A stretch of DNA of 41,398 nucleotides, taken from NCBI GenBank assembly GCA_005885565.1, contig VAXK01000053.1:1-41398 (forward strand), written 5' to 3'. A model generated the notes under the pieces. It made no database searches. It was given only the letters and a program-made list of their open reading frames with translations, and was not told the origin of the DNA. The DNA comes from Actinomycetota bacterium (GTDB lineage Bacteria; Actinomycetota; Thermoleophilia; Gaiellales; Gaiellaceae). Of this stretch, positions 1-7,969 are shown one piece after another (positions within the stretch are counted from its first letter, which is position 1; each line of letters begins with the position of its first letter). Position numbers and translations under genes: made by a program.

Positions 1-881
1 TGCACGCGCCCGAGGACACGCTGCGGCTCTGCGTCCTCTGCCTGATCAGCGAGGGGCACCTGATCCTGGAGGACTTTCCGGGGGTCGGGAAGACGATGCT
101 CGCGAAGGCGCTCGCGCGCTCGCTCGAGGCGTCGTTCTCGCGGCTCCAGTTCACACCCGACCTGCTCCCTTCGGACGTGACCGGCGTGAACGTCTTCAAC
201 CAGCGCTCGAACGAGTTCGAGTTCAAGCCCGGGCCGGTGTTCGCCAACCTCCTGCTCGTCGACGAGATCAACCGCGCCTCGCCGAAGACGCAGGCCGCGC
301 TGCTCGAGTGCATGCAGGAGAACCAGGTCACGATCGACGGGCAGACCCACGAGCTCGTCCGGCCCTTCATGGTCATGGCCACGCAGAACCCGATCGAGTA
401 CGAGGGCACGTACCCGCTCCCGGAGGCGCAGCTCGACCGCTTCACGATGCGGCTCTCGCTCGGCTATCCGCCGCTCGCGGACGAGGCCAAGATGCTCACC
501 GAGCAGACGAGCGAGCCGCCGCTCGACGCGCTCGAGCCGGTGACGACAGCCGAGGAGGCCATGGCTCTCGCGGACGAGGCGAAGGCGATCTACGTGGAGG
601 AGAGCGTCAACCGCTACGTCGTCGCGCTCCTGCGGCAGACGCGCTCGGACGCGCGGCTCTACCTCGGCGCGAGCCCGCGCTCGGGGATCGCGCTCCTCCG
701 CGTCGCGAAGGCGCTCGCGCTCGCCGACGGCCGCGAGTTCCTCGTCCCGGACGACGTCAAGGCCGTCGCGCCCGCCGTGCTCGCGCACCGGCTGATCCTC
801 GCGCCCGAGGCCCGCTCGGCCGGCCTCTCCGGCGGCGACGTCGTGCGCGAGGCGCTGGAGCGTACGCCGGTTCCCGTGTGA
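1..881 (+). CDS. MoxR-family AAA+ ATPase (5' end cut by window edge)
   Basis: Frame open from the window start. Walker A 'PGVGKT' lies near nt 78-95, followed by 'LLLVDEINRASPKTQAALLECMQE' and 'MVMATQNPIEYEGTYPLPEAQLDRF', typical of MoxR/AAA_3. Stop TGA 879-881 overlaps the next start. Confidence 0.9.
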   Translation, partial: HAPEDTLRLCVLCLISEGHLILEDFPGVGKTMLAKALARSLEASFSRLQFTPDLLPSDVTGVNVFNQRSNEFEFKPGPVFANLLLVDEINRASPKTQAALLECMQENQVTIDGQTHELVRPFMVMATQNPIEYEGTYPLPEAQLDRFTMRLSLGYPPLADEAKMLTEQTSEPPLDALEPVTTAEEAMALADEAKAIYVEESVNRYVVALLRQTRSDARLYLGASPRSGIALLRVAKALALADGREFLVPDDVKAVAPAVLAHRLILAPEARSAGLSGGDVVREALERTPVPV

Positions 882-2083
882 CGAAGAACGGCCGGCTCGC
901 GCTCGCGCTCGGCGTCGCCACGTACCTCGCCGCCTGGGCGTTCGGCTCGAAGCCGCTGTACCCGATCGCGACCGGCCTCCTGCTCGTCGTCCTCTTCGCG
1001 TGGGCCTCCGTCCGGCTGGCGAAGAAGCCGATGCGCCTCGTGCGCACGACGAGCGCGCACGAGCAGCTCGAGGGCGAGGACCTGCGCGTCCACCTCGAGC
1101 TCCAGCCGGAGAGCCGCGTGCTCCCGGTCTCGGTCGTCCTCGTCGACGAGGTGGGACGGCTCGGCGAGCGCCGCGTCCCGCTCCGCCGCGGCGACCGGCG
1201 CCTCTTCGGCAGCTACGTGCTGCGGGCGCTGCCGCGCGGGCGCTACCCGTTCGGCGAGGCGCGCGCGCTCCTCGAGGACCCGTTCGGGCTCGAGCGGGCG
1301 GAGGTGCAGCTTCCGGGCGGCGGTGCGCTCCTCGTCTACCCGCGCCTCGTCGAGCTCGACCGCCTCTTCTCCGAGACCGGCGCGCACTCGCCGGACGGCC
1401 GTCGGCTGCTCCTGCGCCGCCCGAGCGGCTTCGAGCTGCACAGCGTGCGCGAGTACGAGCACGGTGAGTCGCTGCGCAAGGTGCACTGGCGCTCCACGGC
1501 GCGTCGCGGCCAGCTGATGGTCAAGGACCTCGAGGACTCGCCGCGCGACGAGGTCGCGGTGCTCCTCGACGCCGACGAGAGCGCGGCCGTGGGCTCGAGC
1601 TTCGACGTCCAGGTGCGCGCGGCCGGCTCGATCCTGCAGGCGCACGTGCGCCGCGGCCGCCGATCGGTCCTGGTCGTGAACTCGGCCTCCGCGGAAGCCC
1701 AGCGCGTCCATTCCTCCGACGGCGACTGGCGGCGGGCGCTCGAGCTCCTCGCCGCCGTGGAGCCGACGGGGCGGATCCCGCTCGCGACGCTGCTCGCGGT
1801 CGAGGAGAGCCCGGCCGCGCGCGCCCTCGACCTCGTCGTCGTCACGGCCCGGATCGCCCCCGAGCTCGTCGACCGGCTCGTCCAGCGCGTGCTGGCCCGC
1901 CGGCGCGCCTCGCTCGTGTACGTCGACTCCGCGTCCTTCGCGAACGGCGCCGCGCCGCGGCGCCCCGAGCCGGCGCTGCTCCGGCTCCAGGCGGCGGGCG
2001 TCCCGGTCGCCGTCCTCCGCCGCGGCGACGACCTCGCTGCCAGCCTCGGCGCGCCCGAGCTTCCGGGAGCGGCGCGTGCGTAG
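878..2083 (+). CDS. DUF58 domain protein (MoxR-associated, VWA-like)
   Basis: GTG 878 lies in a GTGTGA overlap with the moxR stop. N-terminal TM pair, then the DUF58 signature 'VREYEHGESLRKVHWRSTARRGQLMVKDLE'. The listed ORF start at 308 is a shadow extension inside moxR. Confidence 0.85.
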   Translation: MTKNGRLALALGVATYLAAWAFGSKPLYPIATGLLLVVLFAWASVRLAKKPMRLVRTTSAHEQLEGEDLRVHLELQPESRVLPVSVVLVDEVGRLGERRVPLRRGDRRLFGSYVLRALPRGRYPFGEARALLEDPFGLERAEVQLPGGGALLVYPRLVELDRLFSETGAHSPDGRRLLLRRPSGFELHSVREYEHGESLRKVHWRSTARRGQLMVKDLEDSPRDEVAVLLDADESAAVGSSFDVQVRAAGSILQAHVRRGRRSVLVVNSASAEAQRVHSSDGDWRRALELLAAVEPTGRIPLATLLAVEESPAARALDLVVVTARIAPELVDRLVQRVLARRRASLVYVDSASFANGAAPRRPEPALLRLQAAGVPVAVLRRGDDLAASLGAPELPGAARA

Positions 2084-2355
2084 GACGGCCCTGATCTACG
2101 TCTTCCCGGCCGCGGTCGTGGCCGCGAACTGGCTGCGCCTCGAGCGCCCGCACGGCTCGGGGCAGCAGGCGCTCTGGATCATCCTGCTCGCCCTCTGCCC
2201 GGCGCTCGTCCGTCCGCTCGCCGCCCGCATCGGCGTCGGCGTCGTGGTGCTCGTCCTGGCGGTGCACTCCGCCTTCGGGCTCTCCGTCTTCGACGCGCGC
2301 CCGTTCGACCGCCAGCACGACTTCTTCGGCCCGCTCCTGGGGCGCCCACCCGCGC
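2076..2355 (+). pseudogene. N-terminal membrane segment of the transglutaminase-like gene, read in a different frame from its body
   Basis: GTG 2076 overlaps the DUF58 stop by 8 nt, the usual coupling pattern. It encodes plausible TM helices up to '...RQHDFFGPLL', then degenerates into Arg-rich junk. The downstream frame becomes protein-like from about 2345. Confidence 0.45.
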
Positions 2356-4296
2356 ATGCACTCGGTCCTCCTGCTGGCGGTCTTCGGGTTCTGCGTCGCA
2401 CTCGCGCTCGCGGTCGCCGCGCGGCGCGCCGTCGCCGCAGTGCTCGTGCTCGTCGTCGGCGCGGGGTGGCCGGCGACGCTCCTCACGGGCGGGAACGAGC
2501 TCCTGCGCGGCGCCGTCGTGCTCGGCGCGGCGCTCGTCCTCCTCGCCGGCCTCGCGGCGCACGACTGGGGAACGCTCGGCCGCGCAGTCACCGCCGGGGC
2601 AGCCGTGATCCTCTGCGCGGTCGCCGCCGCGAGCTCGCCCGCGGTGGCGAAGAGCGAGCTCCTCGGCTGGCAGAGCTGGGATCTCTACACGCGTCCGCAA
2701 ACGCCGGTCAGCGTCTCGTACGTCTGGCGCTCCGACTACTCGGGCCTCCACTTCCCGAAGAAGGTCACGACCGTCCTGCGGATCAAGGCTTCGCCGACCT
2801 CGCTCTACTGGCGCGCGACGACGCTGGACGTGTTCGACGGCCGCGGCTGGGTGGAGCGGCTCACACCAGCCGCCGCCGGGCGGGATCCGCTGCTGCCGGC
2901 CGCGGCGCAACAGGGCAAGCACGTGGAGAGGCAGGACGTGACCGTCGGGGCGCTCCAGGACCGCCACCTCGTCGGCGCGAGCATCCCGATCGGGTTCACG
3001 TACAACCGGCGCACGCTCGGCGACGTCCGCCTCGGCCGGGACGGCGTCGCGGTCGCGCCCCAGAACCTCACGAGCGACCAGACCTACACCGCGTGGAGCT
3101 TCGCGCCGCAGCCGAGCGCGACCGATCTCGCGCGCTCCCCCGGCTCCTACCCGAACGCGCTCGTCACTGAGGGCTACCTCGACGTCGAGCCGGGCCTCAC
3201 CGTGCCGCCGTTCGACGTGCCCGACCGCGACGCCGTCGTCCGCCACCTGTTTCAGACGCACCGCCTGGACGGGATCCTTCGGCCTTACGTGCCGCTCTTC
3301 GCGCAGGCGCGGCGCGTCGTCGGGCGCCCGACGACGCCGTACGCGGCGGCGATCGCGCTCGAGACCTGGTTCCGGCGGACGGGCGGCTTCACCTACGACG
3401 AGCGGCCGGGGCGGCAAGGCGACGCGCCGCTCGCCGACTTCGTCCTCCGGACGAAGCGAGGCTACTGCCAGCACTTCGCGGGCGCGATGGCGCTCATGCT
3501 CCGCTACGTCGGCATCCCCGCGCGCGTCGCGGCCGGCTTCACGAGCGGCTCGTACGACCCAGGCCACCACACGTGGACGGTGACCGACCACGACGCGCAC
3601 ACGTGGGTCGAGGCCTGGTTCCGCGGCTACGGCTGGCTGCCGTTCGACCCGACGCCGGGCCGCGGGACCCTCTCGTCGCGCTACTCGGCCTCGTCGCCGA
3701 GGTTCGACATCTCCACGGCCGTGCGGCTGCTCACGCTCGCGGCCGCCGCGACCGTGCCCGATCCGCACCAGTTCAAGCTCAACACCGAGTTCGGGGTGCG
3801 GGATCCGTCCACGCCGTCGCCCGAAGGCGCGGGCGCGACCCGCCGGCGCGGGCCGCTGTCGCACGGAGGCGGGGGCGCCGGGCACGCGAGCCTGCTCCGG
3901 CTCCTCGCGCTCGTGGCCCTGGGCCTCGCGGCGGCGATCGTGCTCGCGAAGCTCCTCGTCCGTCGGGCGCGGTACCTGACGCGCGACCCGCGCCAGCTCG
4001 CCGCCGCCTGCCGGCGCGAGCTCGCGGACTACCTCGCCGACCAGGGCATGGCGGTCCCGTCGAGCAGCACGCTCGCCGAGCTGGCCGGCGTCGCGGACGG
4101 GCTCGGCGCGCGGGTCGAGCCGTTCGTCGACGCGGTGGACGCCGCGCGCTTCGGGCCCCCGGAGGGCGCGCGCGCGGCCGCCCGTCGGGCGAGACGCGAG
4201 CTGCGCCGCGTCGAGCGCGAGCTGCGCATCAACCTCACTCGCTTCGAGCGCGCCCGCGGCCTCCTCTCCCTCCGTTCCCTGGGCTTCAGCGGCTAG
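2356..4296 (+). CDS. Transglutaminase-like membrane protein (TGase core with Cys-His-Asp)
   Basis: Multiple TM helices, then 'GYCQHFAGAMALMLRYVGIPARVAAGF...DHDAHTWVEAWFRGYGWLPFDPTP' (catalytic C, H, D), and a C-terminal TM. Position after MoxR and DUF58 is typical. Confidence 0.85.
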   Translation: MHSVLLLAVFGFCVALALAVAARRAVAAVLVLVVGAGWPATLLTGGNELLRGAVVLGAALVLLAGLAAHDWGTLGRAVTAGAAVILCAVAAASSPAVAKSELLGWQSWDLYTRPQTPVSVSYVWRSDYSGLHFPKKVTTVLRIKASPTSLYWRATTLDVFDGRGWVERLTPAAAGRDPLLPAAAQQGKHVERQDVTVGALQDRHLVGASIPIGFTYNRRTLGDVRLGRDGVAVAPQNLTSDQTYTAWSFAPQPSATDLARSPGSYPNALVTEGYLDVEPGLTVPPFDVPDRDAVVRHLFQTHRLDGILRPYVPLFAQARRVVGRPTTPYAAAIALETWFRRTGGFTYDERPGRQGDAPLADFVLRTKRGYCQHFAGAMALMLRYVGIPARVAAGFTSGSYDPGHHTWTVTDHDAHTWVEAWFRGYGWLPFDPTPGRGTLSSRYSASSPRFDISTAVRLLTLAAAATVPDPHQFKLNTEFGVRDPSTPSPEGAGATRRRGPLSHGGGGAGHASLLRLLALVALGLAAAIVLAKLLVRRARYLTRDPRQLAAACRRELADYLADQGMAVPSSSTLAELAGVADGLGARVEPFVDAVDAARFGPPEGARAAARRARRELRRVERELRINLTRFERARGLLSLRSLGFSG

Positions 4297-4998
4297 ATGC
4301 AGGCGGTCGTAATGGCCGCCGGCGAGGGGCGGCGCATGCGCCCGCTGACCGAGCGCTGGGCCAAGCCCGTCCTGCCGATCGACGGACGCCCGGTGATCGG
4401 AAGGCTCTTACGCGACCTCGCCGCGGCCGGGATCGAGCGCGCCACGCTCGTCACCGGCCACCTCGCCGAGCAGGTCGAGATCCTCGTTGGCGACGGCACG
4501 GCGTTCGGGCTCGCCGTCTCGTACGTCCGCCAGCCGGAGTCGCTCGGCTCGGCCGACGCCGTGCTGCGCGCGCTCCGCGCCGGCGCCCGACCACCCGTCG
4601 TCGTGACCGCCGCCGACACCGTCTTCGCGCCCGACGACCTCGCGCGCTTCCTCGCCCAGGGCGCCCGCGCGCAGGGGGCGATCGCGGGCCGGCGTGAGCC
4701 GCCGCCGAGCCCGCCGCACCGCATGCCGCTCCGAATCGTCGAGGGCCGCGTCGAGCGCGTCCTGGACGACGATCCGGAGAACCCGATCGGCGGTGCGCCC
4801 CTCTGGCTCGTCGGCTCGGCGGTGGCGGGCTTCCTCGACCCGCTGCCGGGCAAACCTCCGTACGAGCTGGCGAGCGCGTTCCAGCTCGCGGTCGATTCGG
4901 GAGCCGAGATCCGGGGGATCGAGATCGGGGCGACACGGGACTTGACGTCTGCGCTTGACTTGGTGAAGGAGAACTTCTCGTACCTCGGGGTGACGTGA
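4297..4998 (+). CDS. Sugar-phosphate nucleotidyltransferase family protein
   Basis: ATG immediately follows the TAG of the previous gene. The N-terminus 'VVMAAGEGRRMRPLTERWAKPVLPIDGRPVI' matches the GxGxR...K NTP-transferase motif. Confidence 0.8.
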   Translation: MQAVVMAAGEGRRMRPLTERWAKPVLPIDGRPVIGRLLRDLAAAGIERATLVTGHLAEQVEILVGDGTAFGLAVSYVRQPESLGSADAVLRALRAGARPPVVVTAADTVFAPDDLARFLAQGARAQGAIAGRREPPPSPPHRMPLRIVEGRVERVLDDDPENPIGGAPLWLVGSAVAGFLDPLPGKPPYELASAFQLAVDSGAEIRGIEIGATRDLTSALDLVKENFSYLGVT

Positions 4999-5345
4999 GC
5001 GAGACCTACAACCTCTTCCAGCAGGGCCGCGCGCACCTGAAGAAGGGCCGCGCCGCGCAGGCGACGGTGGCGCTCGAGAAGGCGAAGCGCCGCGAGCCGG
5101 ACAAGGCCTCGATCCGCGAGGCGCTCGGGATCGCGTACTTCCGCATCCACCGCTGGGAGGAGGCGGAGGCCGAGTTCCGGAAGATGCTCGAACTCTCGCC
5201 GGCCGACGACTACGCGCACTACGCGCTCGGCCGCTGCCTCGAGAAGCAGGGCCGCGCGACCGAGGCGAACGGCCACTACAAGCTGGCGAGCTCGCTCCGC
5301 CCCGCGAGCGAGCACTACGCGTCGCGGATCCTCGACCTCGGTTGA
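4995..5345 (+). CDS. Tetratricopeptide-repeat protein
   Basis: GTGA overlap with the upstream stop. TPR-like helical repeats ('AREALGIAYFRIHRWEEAEAEFRKMLELSPADDYAHYALGRCLEKQGRATEA'). Confidence 0.7.
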   Translation: MSETYNLFQQGRAHLKKGRAAQATVALEKAKRREPDKASIREALGIAYFRIHRWEEAEAEFRKMLELSPADDYAHYALGRCLEKQGRATEANGHYKLASSLRPASEHYASRILDLG

Positions 5346-5350
5346 GCCAA

Positions 5351-5421
5351 GGCGTCGCTTGCGATGCCGCTATCAGGACGCGCAGGCTTCGCCTGTGCGT
5401 CCGTCTGAGATGACCGGTCGA
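5351..5421 (-). repeat. Intergenic structured repeat, copy 1 (reverse orientation)
   Basis: Hairpin ggcgtcgc-ttgc-gatgcc, then hairpin gacgcgcaggc-ttc-gcctgtgcgtc, then core ccgtctgagatgaccggtcga. About 84% identical (hand alignment) to the reverse complement of 11957-12005. Confidence 0.75.
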
Positions 5422-5444
5422 TGGGACTCGGGTGGGTCGAGGCC

Positions 5445-5882
5445 GTGAGAGCCGTCGTCCAGCGCGTCTCGCAGGCGAGCGTTCGAGTCGAAGGGGAGGT
5501 GCGGGGCGAGATCGGCGCCGGGCTCTGCGTCCTCCTCGGGGTCGCGCGAGGAGACGACGTGACCGCGGCCGAGCGGCTGGCCGGGCGCGTCGCGCGCCTG
5601 CGGATCTTCGAGAACGACGAAGGCCGCTTCGACCGAAGCCTCGTGGACGTGGGCGGCGCCGCTCTCGTCATCAGCCAGTTCACGCTTCTTGCGAATACGG
5701 CCAAAGGGAACCGGCCGAGCTTCACCGATGCCGCCCCGCCGGAGGAAGCGGAGTCGCTTTACGAGCGCTTCTGCGCTGCCCTGCGCGTGGTCGGAGTCGA
5801 GGTCGCGACCGGCGTCTTCGGCGCGCGAATGCGACTCGAGCTCACCAATGAAGGCCCGGTCACGATCGTCCTCGACACATAG
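5445..5882 (+). CDS. dtd: D-aminoacyl-tRNA deacylase
   Basis: 'VRAVVQRVSQASVRVEG...GLCVLLGV...LVISQFTLLA...KGNRPSF...GVFGARMRLELTNEGPVTIVLDT' is a full-length Dtd match. GTG 5445 gives the canonical N-terminus; in-frame ATG 5421 is an alternative. Confidence 0.9.
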   Translation: MRAVVQRVSQASVRVEGEVRGEIGAGLCVLLGVARGDDVTAAERLAGRVARLRIFENDEGRFDRSLVDVGGAALVISQFTLLANTAKGNRPSFTDAAPPEEAESLYERFCAALRVVGVEVATGVFGARMRLELTNEGPVTIVLDT

Positions 5883-6126
5883 AGCTTCGCTGCTGGCAGC
5901 GCCAGACGCGTCTGAGCTCCTATGAACTGCCGGGGCGTCTCGTCATGCCGATCGGAAGCTCGATCGCCATGCCGACAAGCGTCCCGCCGTGCAAGGACAT
6001 CCCCTGGCGCGGCGATTATGGCCCGGCGACCAGACGTTTTCCCGCTTGCTATCCTTGCCGAACCACATTTCACCGGCTTGGCGAAATGGGCGCTCCGCGC
6101 CCGTTTTTTTTGAGAAAGGACGTAGC
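5883..6126 (+). promoter_or_regulatory. Long untranslated region upstream of rimP (candidate leader/attenuator or small RNA)
   Basis: 244 nt with no convincing ORF, about 62% G+C by hand count. It ends in an intrinsic terminator 15 nt before the rimP start. Confidence 0.4.
6088..6111 (+). terminator. Rho-independent terminator (GGGCGC-tcc-GCGCCC followed by G+T8)
   Basis: Perfect 6-bp GC stem with a 3-nt loop, followed by gTTTTTTTT. It is the only T8 run I saw in the window. Confidence 0.7.
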
Positions 6127-6570
6127 TTGCAGGACGTACGGCGAACCGAGAAGACGCTCCAGCGCGAGGTGATCCAGCAGGTCGAAGCCGGCCTGCCGGG
6201 CGTCGAGGTGCTGGCCGTCGAGCTCGTGTCGCCGCAGCGGTTCTGCGTCTACGTCGACCATCCGACCGGGGTGGACCACGCGCTCTGCGAGCGCGTGACG
6301 AACCTCTTGCGGGGATACCTCGACCGCTACTCGGTCGACGTCTCCTCGCCGGGCCTCGAGCGGCCGCTCCGCAAGCCGGCGCACTTCGCGGGGGCGGTCG
6401 GCCGCAGGGTCTCCGTGCGGACGTCGCAGGAGATCGGCGGCCGGAAGCGGTTCCGCGGCGAGGTCCTCGCCGCCGGCGACGAGAGCTTCCGCCTGGGCGC
6501 CAAGGGCGCCGAGCCCGTGCTCATCCCGTACGACGAGGTCGTGCGGGGCAACGTGATCGACGAGGGGTAG
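6127..6570 (+). CDS. rimP: Ribosome maturation factor RimP
   Basis: 'VEVLAVELVSPQRFCVYVDHPTGVDHALCERVTNLLRGYLDRYSVDVSSPGLERPLRKPAHF' is RimP-like. TTG 6127 is preceded by AAAGGA. Sits immediately upstream of nusA. Confidence 0.85.
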   Translation: MQDVRRTEKTLQREVIQQVEAGLPGVEVLAVELVSPQRFCVYVDHPTGVDHALCERVTNLLRGYLDRYSVDVSSPGLERPLRKPAHFAGAVGRRVSVRTSQEIGGRKRFRGEVLAAGDESFRLGAKGAEPVLIPYDEVVRGNVIDEG

Positions 6571-6574
6571 CGAC

Positions 6575-7969
6575 ATGAGCCGAGAGATCATCGAAGCGGT
6601 CAAGACGATCGAACGCGAGAAGGGGATCGAGGAGAACACGCTCATCCACGCGCTCGAGGACGCGCTGCTCGCCGCGTACAAGAAGACGCCGGGCGCGTCG
6701 CGCCATGCGACGGTCGAGCTCGACCCGGACGACGGCGAGTTCCGCGTCTTCTCGATCGAGCTGCCCCCCGACGTCGAGGAGCGCCTTCTCGACGAGGCGC
6801 GCGAGCGGACGCTCGACGAGCTCGAGCGGCTGGAGATCGAGTCCGGCGAGCGCTCGCACACGCTCGTTACCGACGACGACCTGGACATCGACTGGTCGGA
6901 CGTCCCAGAGGACCAGGTCAAGCGTGAGGACGTGACGCCGGAGAACTTCGGCCGCATCGCCGCGCAGACGGCGAAGCAGGTCATCCTCCAGCGGATCCGC
7001 GAGGCCGAGCGCGAGATGATGTACGAGGAGTACGTCGACCGCGTCAGCGAGGTCGTGACCGGCATCGTCCAGCAGGCCGGCGACCGCAACAACGTGCTCG
7101 TCGACCTCGGCAAGGTCGAGGCGCTGCTGCCTCGCTCCGAGCAGGTCGACGGCGAGCGCTACGAGCAGGGCTCGCGCATCAAGGCGGTCATCACCGAGGT
7201 GCGGTCGGGCACGAAGGGCCCGCAGGTCATCCTCTCGCGGCGCGATCCGGAGCTGATCAAGACGCTCTTCGAGCTCGAGGTGCCCGAGATCGCGGACGGG
7301 CTCGTCGAGATCCGCGGCGTCGCCCGCGAGCCGGGCTACCGGTCGAAGATCGCGGTCGAGTCGCACGCCCAGGGCGTCGACCCCGTCGGCGCCTGCGTCG
7401 GCCCGCGAGGCTCGCGCGTCCGCATGGTCGTCTCCGAGCTCCGCGGCGAGAAGATCGACATCATCCCGTGGAACACGGAGCCGGCGCGCTTCGTCGCGAA
7501 GGCACTGTCGCCCGCGCGCGTGCGCGAGGTGTACATCGACGACGAGACTCGTGACGCGACCGTCGTCGTCCCCGACGACCAGCTCGCGCTCGCGATCGGC
7601 AAGGAGGGCCTGAACGCCCGTCTCGCCGCGCGCCTGACCGGCTGGAAGGTCGACATCCAGTCCGACTCCGAGTTCGCGCAGGCCGAGGCGGACGCTGCCT
7701 ACGGCGGCGGTGACTCCGGCGAGGAGTTCACCGGTCGCTGCGGCGCGATCCTCTCCAACGGCAAGCGCTGTCCGAACGCCGCGCTGCCGGGCTCGCGCTT
7801 CTGCGGCGTGCCGGCGCACCAGGCGCTCGAGGGTCAGGAGGCTCCCGCCGGCGACGGCGCGCAGCCGCCTGCCGAGGCGGCGACGGCGAACGAGGGCGAC
7901 ACGGCCGTCGAGCAGGAGGTCGCCGCCGCTCCCGCCGCCGAGGAGGAGGGCGAGCCGGCTGCCCAGTGA
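6575..7969 (+). CDS. nusA: Transcription termination/antitermination factor NusA
   Basis: N-terminal domain, S1 and KH1/KH2 regions ('VGACVGPRGSRVRMVVSELRGEKIDIIPW', 'LAIGKEGLNARLAARLTGWKVDIQS'), plus an acidic Cys-containing C-terminal tail. Confidence 0.95.
   Translation: MSREIIEAVKTIEREKGIEENTLIHALEDALLAAYKKTPGASRHATVELDPDDGEFRVFSIELPPDVEERLLDEARERTLDELERLEIESGERSHTLVTDDDLDIDWSDVPEDQVKREDVTPENFGRIAAQTAKQVILQRIREAEREMMYEEYVDRVSEVVTGIVQQAGDRNNVLVDLGKVEALLPRSEQVDGERYEQGSRIKAVITEVRSGTKGPQVILSRRDPELIKTLFELEVPEIADGLVEIRGVAREPGYRSKIAVESHAQGVDPVGACVGPRGSRVRMVVSELRGEKIDIIPWNTEPARFVAKALSPARVREVYIDDETRDATVVVPDDQLALAIGKEGLNARLAARLTGWKVDIQSDSEFAQAEADAAYGGGDSGEEFTGRCGAILSNGKRCPNAALPGSRFCGVPAHQALEGQEAPAGDGAQPPAEAATANEGDTAVEQEVAAAPAAEEEGEPAAQ

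Noticed and set aside
308-877. The ORF-track start at 308 for the DUF58 gene. Similar upstream extensions are 15009 for rpsO, 12586 for ribF, 5989 for rimP, 15595 for pnp and 38551 for thpR.
   Set aside because: The extensions overlap the preceding gene or a structured spacer and translate to Arg/Pro-rich junk. Downstream in-frame starts with an SD or a stop/start overlap give N-termini that match the families.
1-4296. The MoxR-DUF58-transglutaminase cluster as a candidate novel system.
   Set aside because: This gene association is widespread and already described, as MoxR AAA+ with DUF58/VWA and TGase/Bat-type partners. Only the frame break and the appended NTP-transferase seemed worth reporting.
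5922-6172. Small ORFs (63 and 75 aa) inside the dtd-rimP spacer.
   Set aside because: They overlap each other in different frames and have no SD. Their Cys/Arg/Ser-rich composition is unlike real proteins here, and there is no G/C third-position periodicity. The region is better treated as non-coding.
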